Part shown: piece by piece, positions 11,816-24,481 of the stretch
Layout: each line of letters begins with the position of its first letter
Numbering within the stretch: position 1 is the first letter of the stretch
Origin: Octopus bimaculoides
Taxonomy: Eukaryota
Direction: 5' to 3'
Assembly (NCBI RefSeq): GCF_001194135.2
Contig: NC_068988.1
Coordinates: 51,346,297-51,410,296 of the forward strand
DNA length: 64,000 bases
Translations under genes and position numbers: made by a program
Notes under the pieces: generated by a model
What the model was told of the DNA's origin: nothing
Seen by the model: only the letters and a program-made list of their open reading frames with translations
The model's database searches: none

Positions 11816-13742
11816 TATATAAACATAACTTATTTGCTATGGAGGATTTTTAATTCCTTTTGATATTCTTCCATTACTAAAACATAGCAGATGGCTTTTC
11901 TACTGACTTTGAATTATTCAACGATAGCAACTAGGGCTATGCAGGATAAGGAACATGTAACTGAATTAATAACAGACGTGATATAGACGATAACGAAAAT
12001 GACAAAATAGCGTCTATTCATAGCTTTATCTGAAATAATCTTTCTTTTTCTTTTTTTCTTTTTTCGGATTTTTTCTATTGACATAGAAGGTTTATTTATA
12101 AAATCGTTTTTATTACAGGATTAAAAATGAATCAGAATCTGTATTTCGATAGTTTTTAATACACTGAACTAGTCAAAATAAATACATTTGACCCTTTTGA
12201 TATTAGTTGCTTGTAAGTTATCTTGAAGTAGTAACTATTGTCATTTATTCATCATTAAAAAGAAAGCTTCTAGAATGACTTCATATCAAATCAAATCAAC
12301 TGTAATATGTCACCGTTTTTCTTAAACAAAAATAACTAAATAAATTATTAAAAAATTATCTTATCCAATTAACCGAAATTACCGTATTTACATATGCAAT
12401 TAATGAATCAAATTTTATATAGATTTTTGTCCTAAATGGCTCCGGTAATTTGGAAAGTTATTCAATAAAGCGACTTACGCAATTATCTTGTAAGCGAATC
12501 TCATGTTAAACATGAGATATGCTTTCATGTACGAAAATATTACAAAAAGCATTTGATAATAAATATTTTGTCATCTATACCGAGAAAGTCGCGTTTTATA
12601 GGTTGCATCAAATGTTATAGATAAACAATCTAAACTGCATCCAAAATAAATAAATAAATAAACATCCACAAAGGACTGGCCGTCAAAACTTCACTCCCTC
12701 TCATAGGCTTACAAACAATCTATATTTTCTGTCTGTCTTTTTAACCATCACCGCTATATTGGCTTCCACTCATGTGTACTAGCAAGTTGTGTACCACTTT
12801 TAGTCAATTTCCATTCAGTGCACTTCTCATTTTCCCTGTTGTGTCTCCCAACCAAACACTATAATAAATACTTCGCCATATCGTTCTTTCCAGAACGTCA
12901 ACTCTCAAGAAACTTTTTCCTATTCGTGTTTTCTAATTCACAGAAATTCAAGCAAGACATCAACCACAGCGAATCGAGAGAATTTGGAAGGGCTTTGGGC
13001 ACTTTGCGCACTTCTTCAGTCTAAATAATATCTTGAAAGAAAACGAGAACCTGGCCGGGAGCGTAGATAGGGTGTGTGCATCCAGGACATCCCTTGGGTT
13101 TGTCATACCCCACCTGTTTGTTCCCTATACAGGCTTATATAGCAAATCCAAAAGTGCCACTCCCATAAAAGCGTCTCCCGGGGTTTCCTTGACTTTGCCA
13201 CTACCCATCCCTGCTTCTTATACAGACTCAAAAATATTGCCCCATAATCTGGCTTCTCGATACACCAGCTTTGGAATTAACAACATATTAATGTGGCTTT
13301 TCAATTCTTCAGCAACATTAATTTCCAACGTAGACATTGAGACAGATGTTTATAAAGGAAATGAATTGCGTCTAGTTGACGATTACATATCTGACATGAA
13401 ATTATTATAACTGTTAACGGAAATGCAGTTGTGAATAGAGCTGGTTAGAATCATATCTTATGTACTTCTAACGAGTAATACACATTTTTTCGATAATATA
13501 TTGAGGGAGATCGCTTTCGTTAATATGAAATAATTCCGTCTTTGATTTGAAATCAAATCGAGATTTTGTTTAGAAAGTTGTTAGTTTTCACTTTTTATTT
13601 AGACGGTGGTATTTTGTATTTAAAATATAGATTTGATACCTTGTCACAATGTCACGAAGTCCATCCACATGAATGGTAGGTATTTTATCGATCCCAAACA
13701 AATGAAACAAGAAGTTGGTCCCAGTGGGATTCGGAATCGTGA

Positions 13743-14060
13743 AGGCGCTTGGCTTAGTAGTCATGTTTCGGATCGCGATTGTAAGGTCGTGAGTGCAATT
13801 CCCGGTTATGTGTTGTGTCCTTGAGCAAGACACTTTATTTCACGTCGCTCTAGTCCACTCAGCTGCCAAAAATAAGTAGTACCTATATTTCAAAGGGCCG
13901 GCCTTGTCACACTCTGTGTCACGCTGAATCTCCCTGAGAACTACGTTAAGGGTACGTGGTTCTGTGGAGTGCTCAGCTACATGCACGTTAATTTCACGGG
14001 CAGGTTGTTCCGTCAATCGAATCAATTGAAACACTCGTCGTCGTAACCAACGGAGTGCCA
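13743..14060 (+). mobile_element. tRNA/CORE-type SINE family B
   Basis: Head ggcttagtagt, gtgtccttgagcaagacac, body gtcacactctgtgtcacgctgaatctccctgagaactacgttaagggtac, tail ...ggagtgcc. Confidence 0.85.
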
Positions 14061-14403
14061 AATTAGGAATCATGAAGCAGGACAGAATTAAATACGGTAA
14101 AAGAAGTTGTTTTTCTATTTGTTAATAAAAAAAAAAAAAACTAGGGCAGTATCTCTCATTTACGCAGCTGATCCAGGTTGCTGAGATTGATGCGGTTTAT
14201 GCCCAAACTAAACATTTATAAATTAATGTCTGCTGAAACAAAACGTCATCAGTGACAGACCTGATCCGAGCACTTGCAACACAATGAGCTCTGCTAAAGT
14301 GCATAAGGAATAGGCGATGGCGTTAGACTGGAGTCAAGAGTTCAATCGCTTCTACTTTATCGTTTTTGGTTGGTTTTTATTTTAAAATACTATAGCATAT
14401 GTT

Positions 14404-14553
14404 CGCTAGCGCGGCTAAAAGAGGGCGAGGAAGGCCGTTCGTCTCGGGCGGCATATTTTGAAAGTGGAACTTTATGTTGTTTTTTCGTAACGGGTGAGGG
14501 GCGGCAAAAATCAAGAACCACCCCAGGCAGCACAAATTGTAGCTACGCCTCTG
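14404..14553. mobile_element. Probable small hAT-type MITE
   Basis: GC-rich island ending TAGCTACGCCTCTG. The left end is degenerate and the flanks CATATGTT/ATTATGTT form a partial TSD. Confidence 0.45.
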
Positions 14554-14929
14554 ATTATGTTAAAATGCACACATGTGTGTATGCATACGTATTTCTATTT
14601 CAGGGAGTATCACGTTAACACGATTTTAATTTTCTGTCTTTAAAAGCTACAAAATCAAGAGAAATTTATATATTTCAGTAATTTCCAATTGCCTAACACA
14701 TTTTAATTAACACAGAAACACAGTTATTGATATCTAATCTTAATGCTAGGAAAATTAACCAAAGATTAACACTAATAACGGAATTAGTACACTAAGGATC
14801 ATATATTAATTGCCTGGTGGATTTAATTTTAAATAATAAAAAATCAGTCATATATTTTTCCTGGATGAATTAAATATATCAATAATAAATCTATTATGAA
14901 ACAGAACATATCTAATAGTATTTTTTGTG

Positions 14930-15705
<776 letters not shown>

Positions 15706-16059
15706 AAAAATATATAAATTAAACATGAAGAGAATGGTCAATGCAGTCCTTCTTACACTAGAGAGATTAATGTGGTTGATGACCAGTATGATTAATCTTC
15801 AGATCAATGTCTTCAGGAAAAACATTGGTGGACTGGATCAAATACCTACAATAGAATAAACTCTTCTACAGACACCCAGCAATCATAGAGTGTTGCTAAA
15901 CTTGGTAGTATATAAGGCCTATCAAAGAAACTAAACTCTAGCGAACGTGAAAATCAGTGCAAAAGATTCCATCGAAGAGAAACCGCTTGCTGCAAATACT
16001 CTGGGAAAAATGGTGGTAAAGAAAAAGAAAAAAATAGCAGTAAAAAGAGGAGACGATTG

Positions 16060-16270
16060 GTACCAAATTTTGGCACAAGGCCGGCAACATTAAGAGGAGG
16101 AGTGTAGTCGATAACATCGAGCTTAATATCTGACTAGTACTTTTTTCAACGATCTCGAAAGGATGAAATGTAAAGCAGACTTTGATGGAATTTGATCTCA
16201 CAGTGTAAAAAAAGAAATGGCGGTAAATATTCTTTTTGTTCGGCTCGGTAACGATTATGCTAGTTTGACG
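16060..16270 (-). mobile_element. SINE family C
   Basis: ttttggcacaaggcc...tcgaaaggatgaaa... blocks. Confidence 0.8.
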
Positions 16271-16597
16271 TCTTATAGGTTGGCACATATTAAAACAAAG
16301 AAAGCTACAGTAATAAATATGGGTTAATATCAACGGAAGCGTTTTTCTTAATAACTGTTGAGTCATTCAGTTTTAGAAATAAATGTGTCTAACAATTTTT
16401 TTTGTAATAAGAATGTTGAAGTTGGATAGGAAAGCGACTTTATTAACTAAACGGTTTAGTAAGAGGCACGAAATTCTGTAAATTCTCTACTGCTCTATTG
16501 TTTTCTTCTCGTTTGATTCTTTCTTAAGAAAATATTCCTTTTTTTTTTTTTTTTTTTTNNNNNNNNNNNNNNNNNNNNNNNNNNNNNNNNNNNNNNN

Positions 16598-16653
<56 letters not shown>

Positions 16654-16742
16654 TATGCGTGTTTGTGCGTGCGTATGTGTGCCTATGTTTGTTTCCCAAC
16701 ATCAGTTGACAAACCGGTGTTAGTGTTTACGTCCCCGTAACT
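16598..16742 (+). mobile_element. SINE family A middle fragment
   Basis: (TG)n followed by cccaacatcagttgacaaaccgg...gtccccgtaact. Confidence 0.65.
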
Positions 16743-17379
16743 AATCATAAGAAAAATGGAAATCGATACATAGTGAAATAACTTCAAAAGACAGCCAGTT
16801 AGAAAATAGTAAAATAGTAAAATGTTGAGTTGATCATGGCAATTTGAATAGAGAGATAAGAAGTAAGGGATAGAGATACGAGCCTGCGTTCTTAGACATG
16901 AATGACCCAAAAACAAATGATACGTGTTTCCATATATTTATTATTTCAAGCAGTTATATTTTACATATGTACCAATACATATCTATTGTTAAACACATTT
17001 GCTAGCACGTATGTGATATTTAATGCTTTATAATGCGTAAGACAGACAAAATATTTTAGTTGATACTGTGATATTCCAAAACAATGGGCACGTGCAAAGT
17101 GTGATTCCAAGTGTGATGAGACGTAGAGAGTTTGTAGGCCTGGGATCTTTTTTAAAACGGGGGCCACATTTTTCATTAACGAAACACTTTGAAACTTGGA
17201 ACACTAGTAGAATGTGTCATATAAAACATCTTTTTCTCTTAGTCTTCTTAAAAAAAAAGAAATCCATAACTTATTCCATGTTAAAGTTGTCGTATTTCTG
17301 TAATTTCAACCAATCACTGACGTCCATTCAGCCGATATACATTAAGTGCCGACTACATAAACAAACGATTCTGAAACAA

Positions 17380-17455
17380 TTAACCCTAACCCTAACCCTA
17401 ACCCTACGGTTAGGGTTAGGGTTAGGGTTAGGGTTAGGATTAGGGTTAGGGTTAA
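17380..17455. repeat. Inverted interstitial telomeric repeat (TAACCC)4-TAC-(GGTTAG)~8
   Basis: Read directly; 23-bp perfect stem around a CTAC loop. Confidence 0.95.
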
Positions 17456-17479
17456 AGCAAATTTAAAATGAAAAAAGCA

Positions 17480-18100
17480 NNNNNNNNNNNNNNNNNNNNN
17501 NNNNNNNNNNNNNNNNNNNNNNNNNNNNNNNNNNNNNNNNNNNNNNNNNNNNNNNNNNNNNNNNNNNNNNNNNNNNNNNNNNNNNNNNNNNNNNNNNNNN
17601 NNNNNNNNNNNNNNNNNNNNNNNNNNNNNNNNNNNNNNNNNNNNNNNNNNNNNNNNNNNNNNNNNNNNNNNNNNNNNNNNNNNNNNNNNNNNNNNNNNNN
17701 NNNNNNNNNNNNNNNNNNNNNNNNNNNNNNNNNNNNNNNNNNNNNNNNNNNNNNNNNNNNNNNNNNNNNNNNNNNNNNNNNNNNNNNNNNNNNNNNNNNN
17801 NNNNNNNNNNNNNNNNNNNNNNNNNNNNNNNNNNNNNNNNNNNNNNNNNNNNNNNNNNNNNNNNNNNNNNNNNNNNNNNNNNNNNNNNNNNNNNNNNNNN
17901 NNNNNNNNNNNNNNNNNNNNNNNNNNNNNNNNNNNNNNNNNNNNNNNNNNNNNNNNNNNNNNNNNNNNNNNNNNNNNNNNNNNNNNNNNNNNNNNNNNNN
18001 NNNNNNNNNNNNNNNNNNNNNNNNNNNNNNNNNNNNNNNNNNNNNNNNNNNNNNNNNNNNNNNNNNNNNNNNNNNNNNNNNNNNNNNNNNNNNNNNNNNN
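17480..18100. other. Assembly gap; others at 4109-4286, 7227-7236, 16559-16597, 30101-30217, 37250-37349, 43492-44362 and 53275-53413
   Basis: N runs, mostly next to microsatellites. Confidence 0.99.
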
Positions 18101-18354
18101 ATATTGAAATAAAAGTCCACAATATGGAAGAATGTAAAGATAAATTACTTGGACTGCTTGATTAATTTCTTACCTAGGTTTCATGACTTGCAGAAGCCGA
18201 GTTCTTGCTTCACCCCCTCTTATGACTAATGATTAATGTGATCAATGGTATTTGTTCGTGCTTGGGCCTCTGCTTATGGAATCATTTGTTTTCGAAGTAA
18301 AACAAACGGAATTGTAGGAGGACTTGCGTGTAAAATAATTCATAAATCCTAGAC

Positions 18355-18545
18355 TACAAATGAGTTTTGGAAACAGAATTCAGAAAGAAAATATCCTATC
18401 CTGAACTTAAGAAACCTGGTCGAAGCATCGTTCAATTCTTACGCATATGCAAGAAGCTAATTCGTAAAGCAACGACATCTTATGGGCTGAATATTCGACA
18501 ACCCAGAGCTAAGATAGAAGCCCACAAGACCTCTACTAGTAGTAA
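18355..18545 (+). mobile_element. Possible hAT (Charlie/SPIN-like) transposase C-terminal remnant
   Basis: EFWKQNSERKYPIL, then after a frameshift or deletion IRKATTSYGLNI; resembles the dimerisation domain EFW...KYPxL and terminal LRIATTxxxPNI. Confidence 0.4.
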
Positions 18546-19190
18546 GTAGTAACATTGATAGCCTGGCAATTACAGCGTTGTTCGTTTCGTCATTAAAAAT
18601 GTCATAAGACTACCGTTTTAAAATGTAAAATTTCATTAAAATATGTCCGATTTTATTAGCTTTCTTTCTTTTTTTTTTGTGGCGGTGTGTTTTTGTTAAA
18701 TATATACTTTCCTCTATGCTTGATCAAAAATTTAATAAGACAAATATTAAAATATCTCAGTTTTCCTCCTTTTAGTTTTATTTTTAGCATTCTAATTTTG
18801 TTACTGAAATGGAGATTTGCATAGTTTACTTGAATGTTCCCATGGGTTCATTACCGTACAAAATACGCTCAGTGTGTTAAAATAATCATCAGTCAATATT
18901 TTAAAAGTATTCGGTATATATATTTGTGTGTACTTTATGATTACTGAAACTCCCACAAATTAGCAGTTAAAAAACATGCTACATACAAGAACAAGTATTA
19001 TAGCCTACATTTAATTCTTGATATTTTTGTGACAAAATATGCGTGTAACCTCAGCAGTAAACATTTTCTCTTCCCTATAAGAAATCAGTTTATTCCACTT
19101 ATAAATTATTGAGCATATTCAGTCGATTCAACGAGGATGGTGTTACGTGGTGGCACAGCTTCGAAGTAGACATGAAATAATCCTTTCTAC

Positions 19191-19306
19191 TATAGGCACA
19201 AGGCCTAGATTTGAGGGAAGGTGGGACTGGTCGATCACATCGACCCCAGTGTTTCACTAGAACTCAATTTATCGACCCCGAAAGGATGAAAGCAAAGTTA
19301 ACCTTG
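19191..19306 (-). mobile_element. SINE family C 3' half
   Basis: gtcgatcacatcgaccccagtg...atcgaccccgaaaggatgaaa. Confidence 0.8.
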
Positions 19307-20845
19307 TACCCTGGTCGAGAGATGTGCTAAAAATAACAGCCAAATAGGTTTTAAGTCACGCACCCCAATTTTTTTTTTTTTTGTGGCTTTTGCATAATCG
19401 TATAAATTCCCTAGTGTAGGATACAAATTTTCAAAAATTTTAGGAAGATTCCAAAAAATAAAAGTTATGAGGGGTTATATGTCGTGCGTAAAGCAGAAGT
19501 TGATTTATTTATAGTTTCATATTAAAACACGTCACGCACAAAATGATAGCTTCCAAATCCTGTTGTATGACAGGGTGAAAATTATCAAACTTCTATAACT
19601 TCTTTTAAAAAACTTTCTGGTAAAAGTAAAATATTTCCTGAGATTCAGTTTGGAGCACTACATTAATATACCAAATCTTAAAATTTCAATAAACCCTGAA
19701 ATTTCCACAGCTGCAGCCAAACAGAAAAGATTCAAAACTTGTTGACGATACCACTCTCTTTCAGCTGAATGCAATTTTACAATGAGACATCCTGAGGAGG
19801 TCTGAAAAACGTTTATTTATAATCATACATTCATTAACTTGGTTTCTGTGCTTCTTTACTGTTTCTTCTGTGAGTATCATGTTAATAAGCCACTGTTTTA
19901 AATAGTCACACTCTTCTGTTTTAACTGTTTGGTTTCTCTGATTGTTACAATACTCTTTTTCTGTTTTCCTTTTTGCTAAAGGTCTTTTAAGAATAGATCA
20001 AGTCTACCAATTTGCATCGCGTACAACCTAAGATGTAATTTAACTCTCTAACCAGGCGATTACATTATTTTTTTAGAGCAAAATGTCTGGACACTGTTGA
20101 TAACTTTTTTACGTTTTCACGTTAAAATTGCTTTCGAGAACAAAAAATGTAAAGTCAATTTGATAGACTTTCATGCCTTTACAAGCTTTCCATATTCAAT
20201 GAAATTAAATATGCAACTAAGTTCTCTTAATTTTAGTTTTTACTTTTTAAAGTAATTCTATAGGAAATAGAGTTCCGCTCGGTTAGGTTACACTTAAAAG
20301 AAGTCTTCAATATTTTTTCTTACTATTCGTTTCAGGGATTGAATTCACAGAACACGGATTGTATTTTTAGTTTTCATACCAGAAAACCCCGATTTTTCAA
20401 CGTTAATGCTTAAACTATTTGTAACATAACCAAAATCAACAATAATCACCAGTACAAATGTGACCATATAGTCAGTGTATTTTAAGTCTGTGTATGAACT
20501 ATTTGTGTTACTTCATACCGACACAGAATTTCACGAGCTTCTTCGGGGTTTTTTTGTATATTCAATGTATGTATACTGACCAAAGAACAGTTGCAAATAT
20601 AAAGTTTCTTTTCGTTGACTTTGAATGAAATTTTTTGAAACATCCGTTTATATATAGAGATTTCTAACTTGGACATAATGTTGCAAATTTTATGGGGAGA
20701 TGTAAGTAGATTATATCAACTCAAGTACTTGACAGGTACTTCTTGTACATATTATGGCAAGAAGAAAAATAAAGATGACTCCCTTGGAAGGTGAACCCGA
20801 AACGTATTCTTATTAGTAATAATTTTTTTATGAGGGTGGTGGAAA

Positions 20846-21770
20846 GGCGGTGAGCTGGTAGAAATTAGCACGCCGGGCAAACTACTTAGCGGCATTTCGT
20901 CCGTTTTTACGTTCTGAGCAGTGGCGGCTCGTAAATAAAATTAGTGGGGGTGTTGCTTCAGAAAAGTTTTAGCCGTTGTTTTAATATTGTATAAAAGGAA
21001 ACAAACATATAAAAAGAAAATTTATACATAAACTTGATCGGTTCGGGTTTTAGCCGCTACTGGGTAGTGTGTTTAATTTGTTCGCTGAACACCGCCGCGA
21101 ATTAGCCCTTGTTTTTTCAAAAATTCACTCTAAATCACAAAATAAGGGTGGGGGGAATATGCCCTATTTTTCAAATCCTGGCAGCAACACTGAAACTGGA
21201 AGCAGGATAATAATCTAATTCTACACTTTATCACATTCAAGAATAAAAACAAGTTTTTAACTACAACACACGCGGAGTCAAAAAGAAACACAACCTTTCA
21301 TCAGTACACCGGGGTTGACATTGCATGAACGAAATCTTCTCTCTCCCTAGCGTGAAGCTTCCTATCTCGGACATGTGAGCATGCGCACAACAGTCAAACA
21401 CCGCGTCGCTGGATCTGTGAAGCGCACAATTCTATACAAGGATTTTTTTTTTTTTTTTATAAACTAGGGGATGGCTACTGACATTAAGCTTAAGGGTTAT
21501 ATAATGTACAAGTATAAAGAAAGAATTGAAGAAAAAAAAGATTCATTGTATTGAATGTTTTCGATAATATCGAGTGGAAATTGCGGGTACTGCAGTTCCG
21601 CAGCGCCTATACACAAGCCGCCACTGGTTCTGAGTTCAAATCCTCCGGGGTCGACTTCGCTTTTTATCCTTTCGGGGTCAATAAAATGAGTACCAATCGA
21701 GCACTGGGGTCGATGTAATCGACTTACCCCTCCCCGAAATTCTTGGCCTTGTGCCAAAATGTGAAACCAA
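20846..21770 (+). mobile_element. SINE family C split by the hAT MITE (head 20846-20918, body 21627-21770)
   Basis: A box ggcggtgagctggtagaa and B box gagttcaaatcc rejoin once the MITE and one TSD are removed. Confidence 0.88.
20919..21626. mobile_element. hAT-type MITE (708 bp) inserted in a family C SINE
   Basis: TIR CAGTGGCGGCT at both ends. Perfect 8-bp TSD GTTCTGAG (20911-20918, 21627-21634). The SINE head is on the left and the SINE body resumes on the right. Confidence 0.92.
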
Positions 21771-21782
21771 TATTAAATTTAA

Positions 21783-21941
21783 GGGATGGGTTAAGTCGAT
21801 TACATCGACTTCAGTGCTTAACTCGTACTTATTTTATCGACTCCGAAAGGATGAAAGACAAAGTTGATCCCGGCCGAATTTAACTCAGAACGTAAAGAGT
21901 CGGAAGAAATACCGCTTAGCATTTTTGTCCGGCGTGCTAAC
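21783..21941 (-). mobile_element. SINE family C, tail-to-tail with the previous copy
   Basis: Reverse complement of the 21627-21735 blocks. Confidence 0.85.
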
Positions 21942-22640
21942 TCCTTTAACGTATTGATAATGTTCCATGTGCACTGAAGAAAAGTTGTATTGTCAGATTT
22001 TTAGATGATCACATTATGTAATTAAAAATAATGCAGAAAACACAGAATAGATTTAGATCAGATTATTGAGCGTTTTGAGAATAATCGAATCGTGGCTAAT
22101 AATAACAAAGCAGCAAGATCTAAAGTAGCTAAGTGACACTATCTCGATACGCAGCACCAGGTGGTAGCGGTAGAGACAATCATGTCCTTTTGGAGACCTG
22201 GTGGAGAGGTTCCGCTTTGCAAAAACCCACATAGTTTTGTCTAATTCACAATCTAAGGCGTTGGTAGAAGAGACTATCGATATTCCTATACAAAGTGAAT
22301 TCTAAAAGCCTGGCTCGATTGTAAAACGTTTTAAACATTTTCAAAAGTTCTAAATAAATAATAACTAATTTTATTACAATAATTAAATTAACTGAATCAT
22401 TATTCATGCTCTGTCAACGTGTTATATGCACTTTCTATCAGCGTCCCGATCTTGTATATCAAAAGACATGCACGCTTTAATAAGTATTAGTGGGTTTCTT
22501 TCCCTACTGAGAAAGACTAGAACGTTAAAAAGCAAATAACAAAACCGTTTCGCTAGAGTATTAATAACATGCATATATTTATGTATGTACGCCTTTTCAA
22601 TGGATTCAAGTGGAGAATACTATGCTTGCATGAATATATC

Positions 22641-23113
22641 TTTTATCTCCTACTTGTTTCAGTCTTTAGACTGCGGTCATGCTGGGGCCCCACCTTGAAA
22701 GGTTTAAGCGAACAAACCGACCCCAGGACTTATTGTTTAAGGCTGGTACTTATTCTATCGTTTTTATCTTTTTGACGAACCACTAAGTTACGGGAACGTA
22801 AACAAATACCGGTTGTCATGCAGTGATGAAAGACAGACGCAAGCACAAATCTCTATCTTACACTCACACACACACACACACACACTCATTCACACACACA
22901 CACCCACACACACACAGAGGAAGGATTCTTTCGGTTTCCGTCTACCAAATCTTCTCACAAGGCATTGGTCGGCCTGCGGTTATAGTAGAAGACGGATCTT
23001 TTTGGTTTGACGGGCAATACTTGTAACAAGAAGATACTTGCGTAAGGTACCACGTAGTCAGACTGAACCTGGAACCATGCGGTTGGGAAGCAAACTTCTT
23101 ACCACTCAGCCAT
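22641..23113 (-). mobile_element. SINE family A, near full length
   Basis: Reverse complement has the head (atggctgagtggtaagaag), B box, internal (TG)n and tail. Confidence 0.85.
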
Positions 23114-23308
23114 TCCTATGTACGTTTCTATTTATAAATATACATGCATTTTCTTTATAAGGATTCATTAATGATTCCCTCTTTTCGTTCATTTATTTCA
23201 CATAAACACACTGATCATAACTCTAATTTCTAATTAGTTGTAGAACACTCTCAATGACTGATTAGTCTAGCGGAGAATGTTGTGCCTTGTACGATGTATG
23301 TCATAACT

Positions 23309-23640
23309 GACACTCCGTCAGTTGCGACGACGAGGATTTCAGTTGATCTGATCAGCAGAACAGCCTGCTCGTGAAATTAACGTGCAGGTGTCTGAGTACT
23401 CCACAGACACAGACACGTGTACCCTTAACGTGATTAACGCTGAATCAGAGAGATTCAGTGTGACACAGAATGTGACAAGGCCGGTCCTTTGAAATACAGG
23501 TTCTACTCATTCTTGCCAGTTGTATGTACTAGATCAACGTGAAATAAAGAGTCTTGCTTAAGGACACAACGTCTCCGGGTATCGAACTCATGACCTGACA
23601 ATCGTGAGCTGACTACCCTAACCACTAAACCACGCGTCTT
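23309..23640 (-). mobile_element. SINE family B, reverse copy
   Basis: Reverse complement of the 13743-14060 blocks; B box gagttcgatacc. Confidence 0.85.
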
Positions 23641-23644
23641 CTCC

Positions 23645-23735
23645 ATGGCTTAGTGATGGATTCACGATCGTAAGATTACAGTCCCGGTTCCTGGATGGAG
23701 TAATTTGTTATGTTCTTGAGCAAAACATTTCATTT
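23645..23735 (+). mobile_element. Family B-like SINE head, head-to-head with 23309-23640
   Basis: catggcttagtg...ccggttcc...gttcttgagcaaaaca; a similar head lies at 5635-5740. Confidence 0.5.
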
Positions 23736-23804
23736 ACTGTTGAGCATTCCTGTGACACACCGGCATCCCGTCCAGTGGGCAGTATATTCGCCAAAGAAAC
23801 TCGA

Positions 23805-23838
<34 letters not shown>

Positions 23839-24443
23839 GCAAATCTAAAGAATTGATAATAACAATAATAACATTAGTGGCAGCAAGCGATATCAGCTAT
23901 GTGATAAATTCATGATTATATTAGAGGGTATACGAAGCACCAGCTTGCTAGAAGGTGGGAGTAAAAGCCCTCAACTTAATCATCAATCTCACTGAAAATA
24001 TGCAACGGACCAATAGAAATCGAGCAAACGAGCGGAATTTAACATACTATCTCAGCTAAAAAGCCGTAGAATGAGGTAACAGATATACCTGGATCATGAT
24101 TTCGAATTCTGGTGAGTGCCTCAGTTCTCCTCAGCAGGTCTTGCTATACTTAAAATGAAAAATCCATCTCGCCTCGTTGTAGTCCGTTACGTTTTGAATA
24201 GCCTCGCGCCAAATTCAAAACAATTTCAGTGCATAATACATGTATATATAATGCTAGATGCGTACGTTATGTATGCATATTCAAACGAAAGGGTTAAATA
24301 AAAATGCAATTTTAAAGTATAAAGTATGATAATATTAATTTTGGTTTTATAGAAACTGATTCTGTGAAGTGTATCGCAGTATGAAACGCTTCAGTACCCC
24401 GGTACCATTTCCCTAGAAGTGCATAAAATATCTGTTTAAATTT

Positions 24444-24481
<38 letters not shown>

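Noticed and set aside
13033-13410. 125-aa ORF in a GC-richer patch with faint Penelope-RT-like words (NIAHNLASR, IETDVYK)
   Set aside because: The motif order is wrong and there is no convincing family match or splice context.
17452-18122. Long ORFs of 200-320 aa made of X
   Set aside because: They run through N gaps (also at 43.4-44.4, 30.0-30.3 and 53.2-53.4 kb).
19340-20300. Possible DNA transposon remnant with TTAA-like ends
   Set aside because: Could not establish matching TIRs, a TSD or a recognisable transposase translation.
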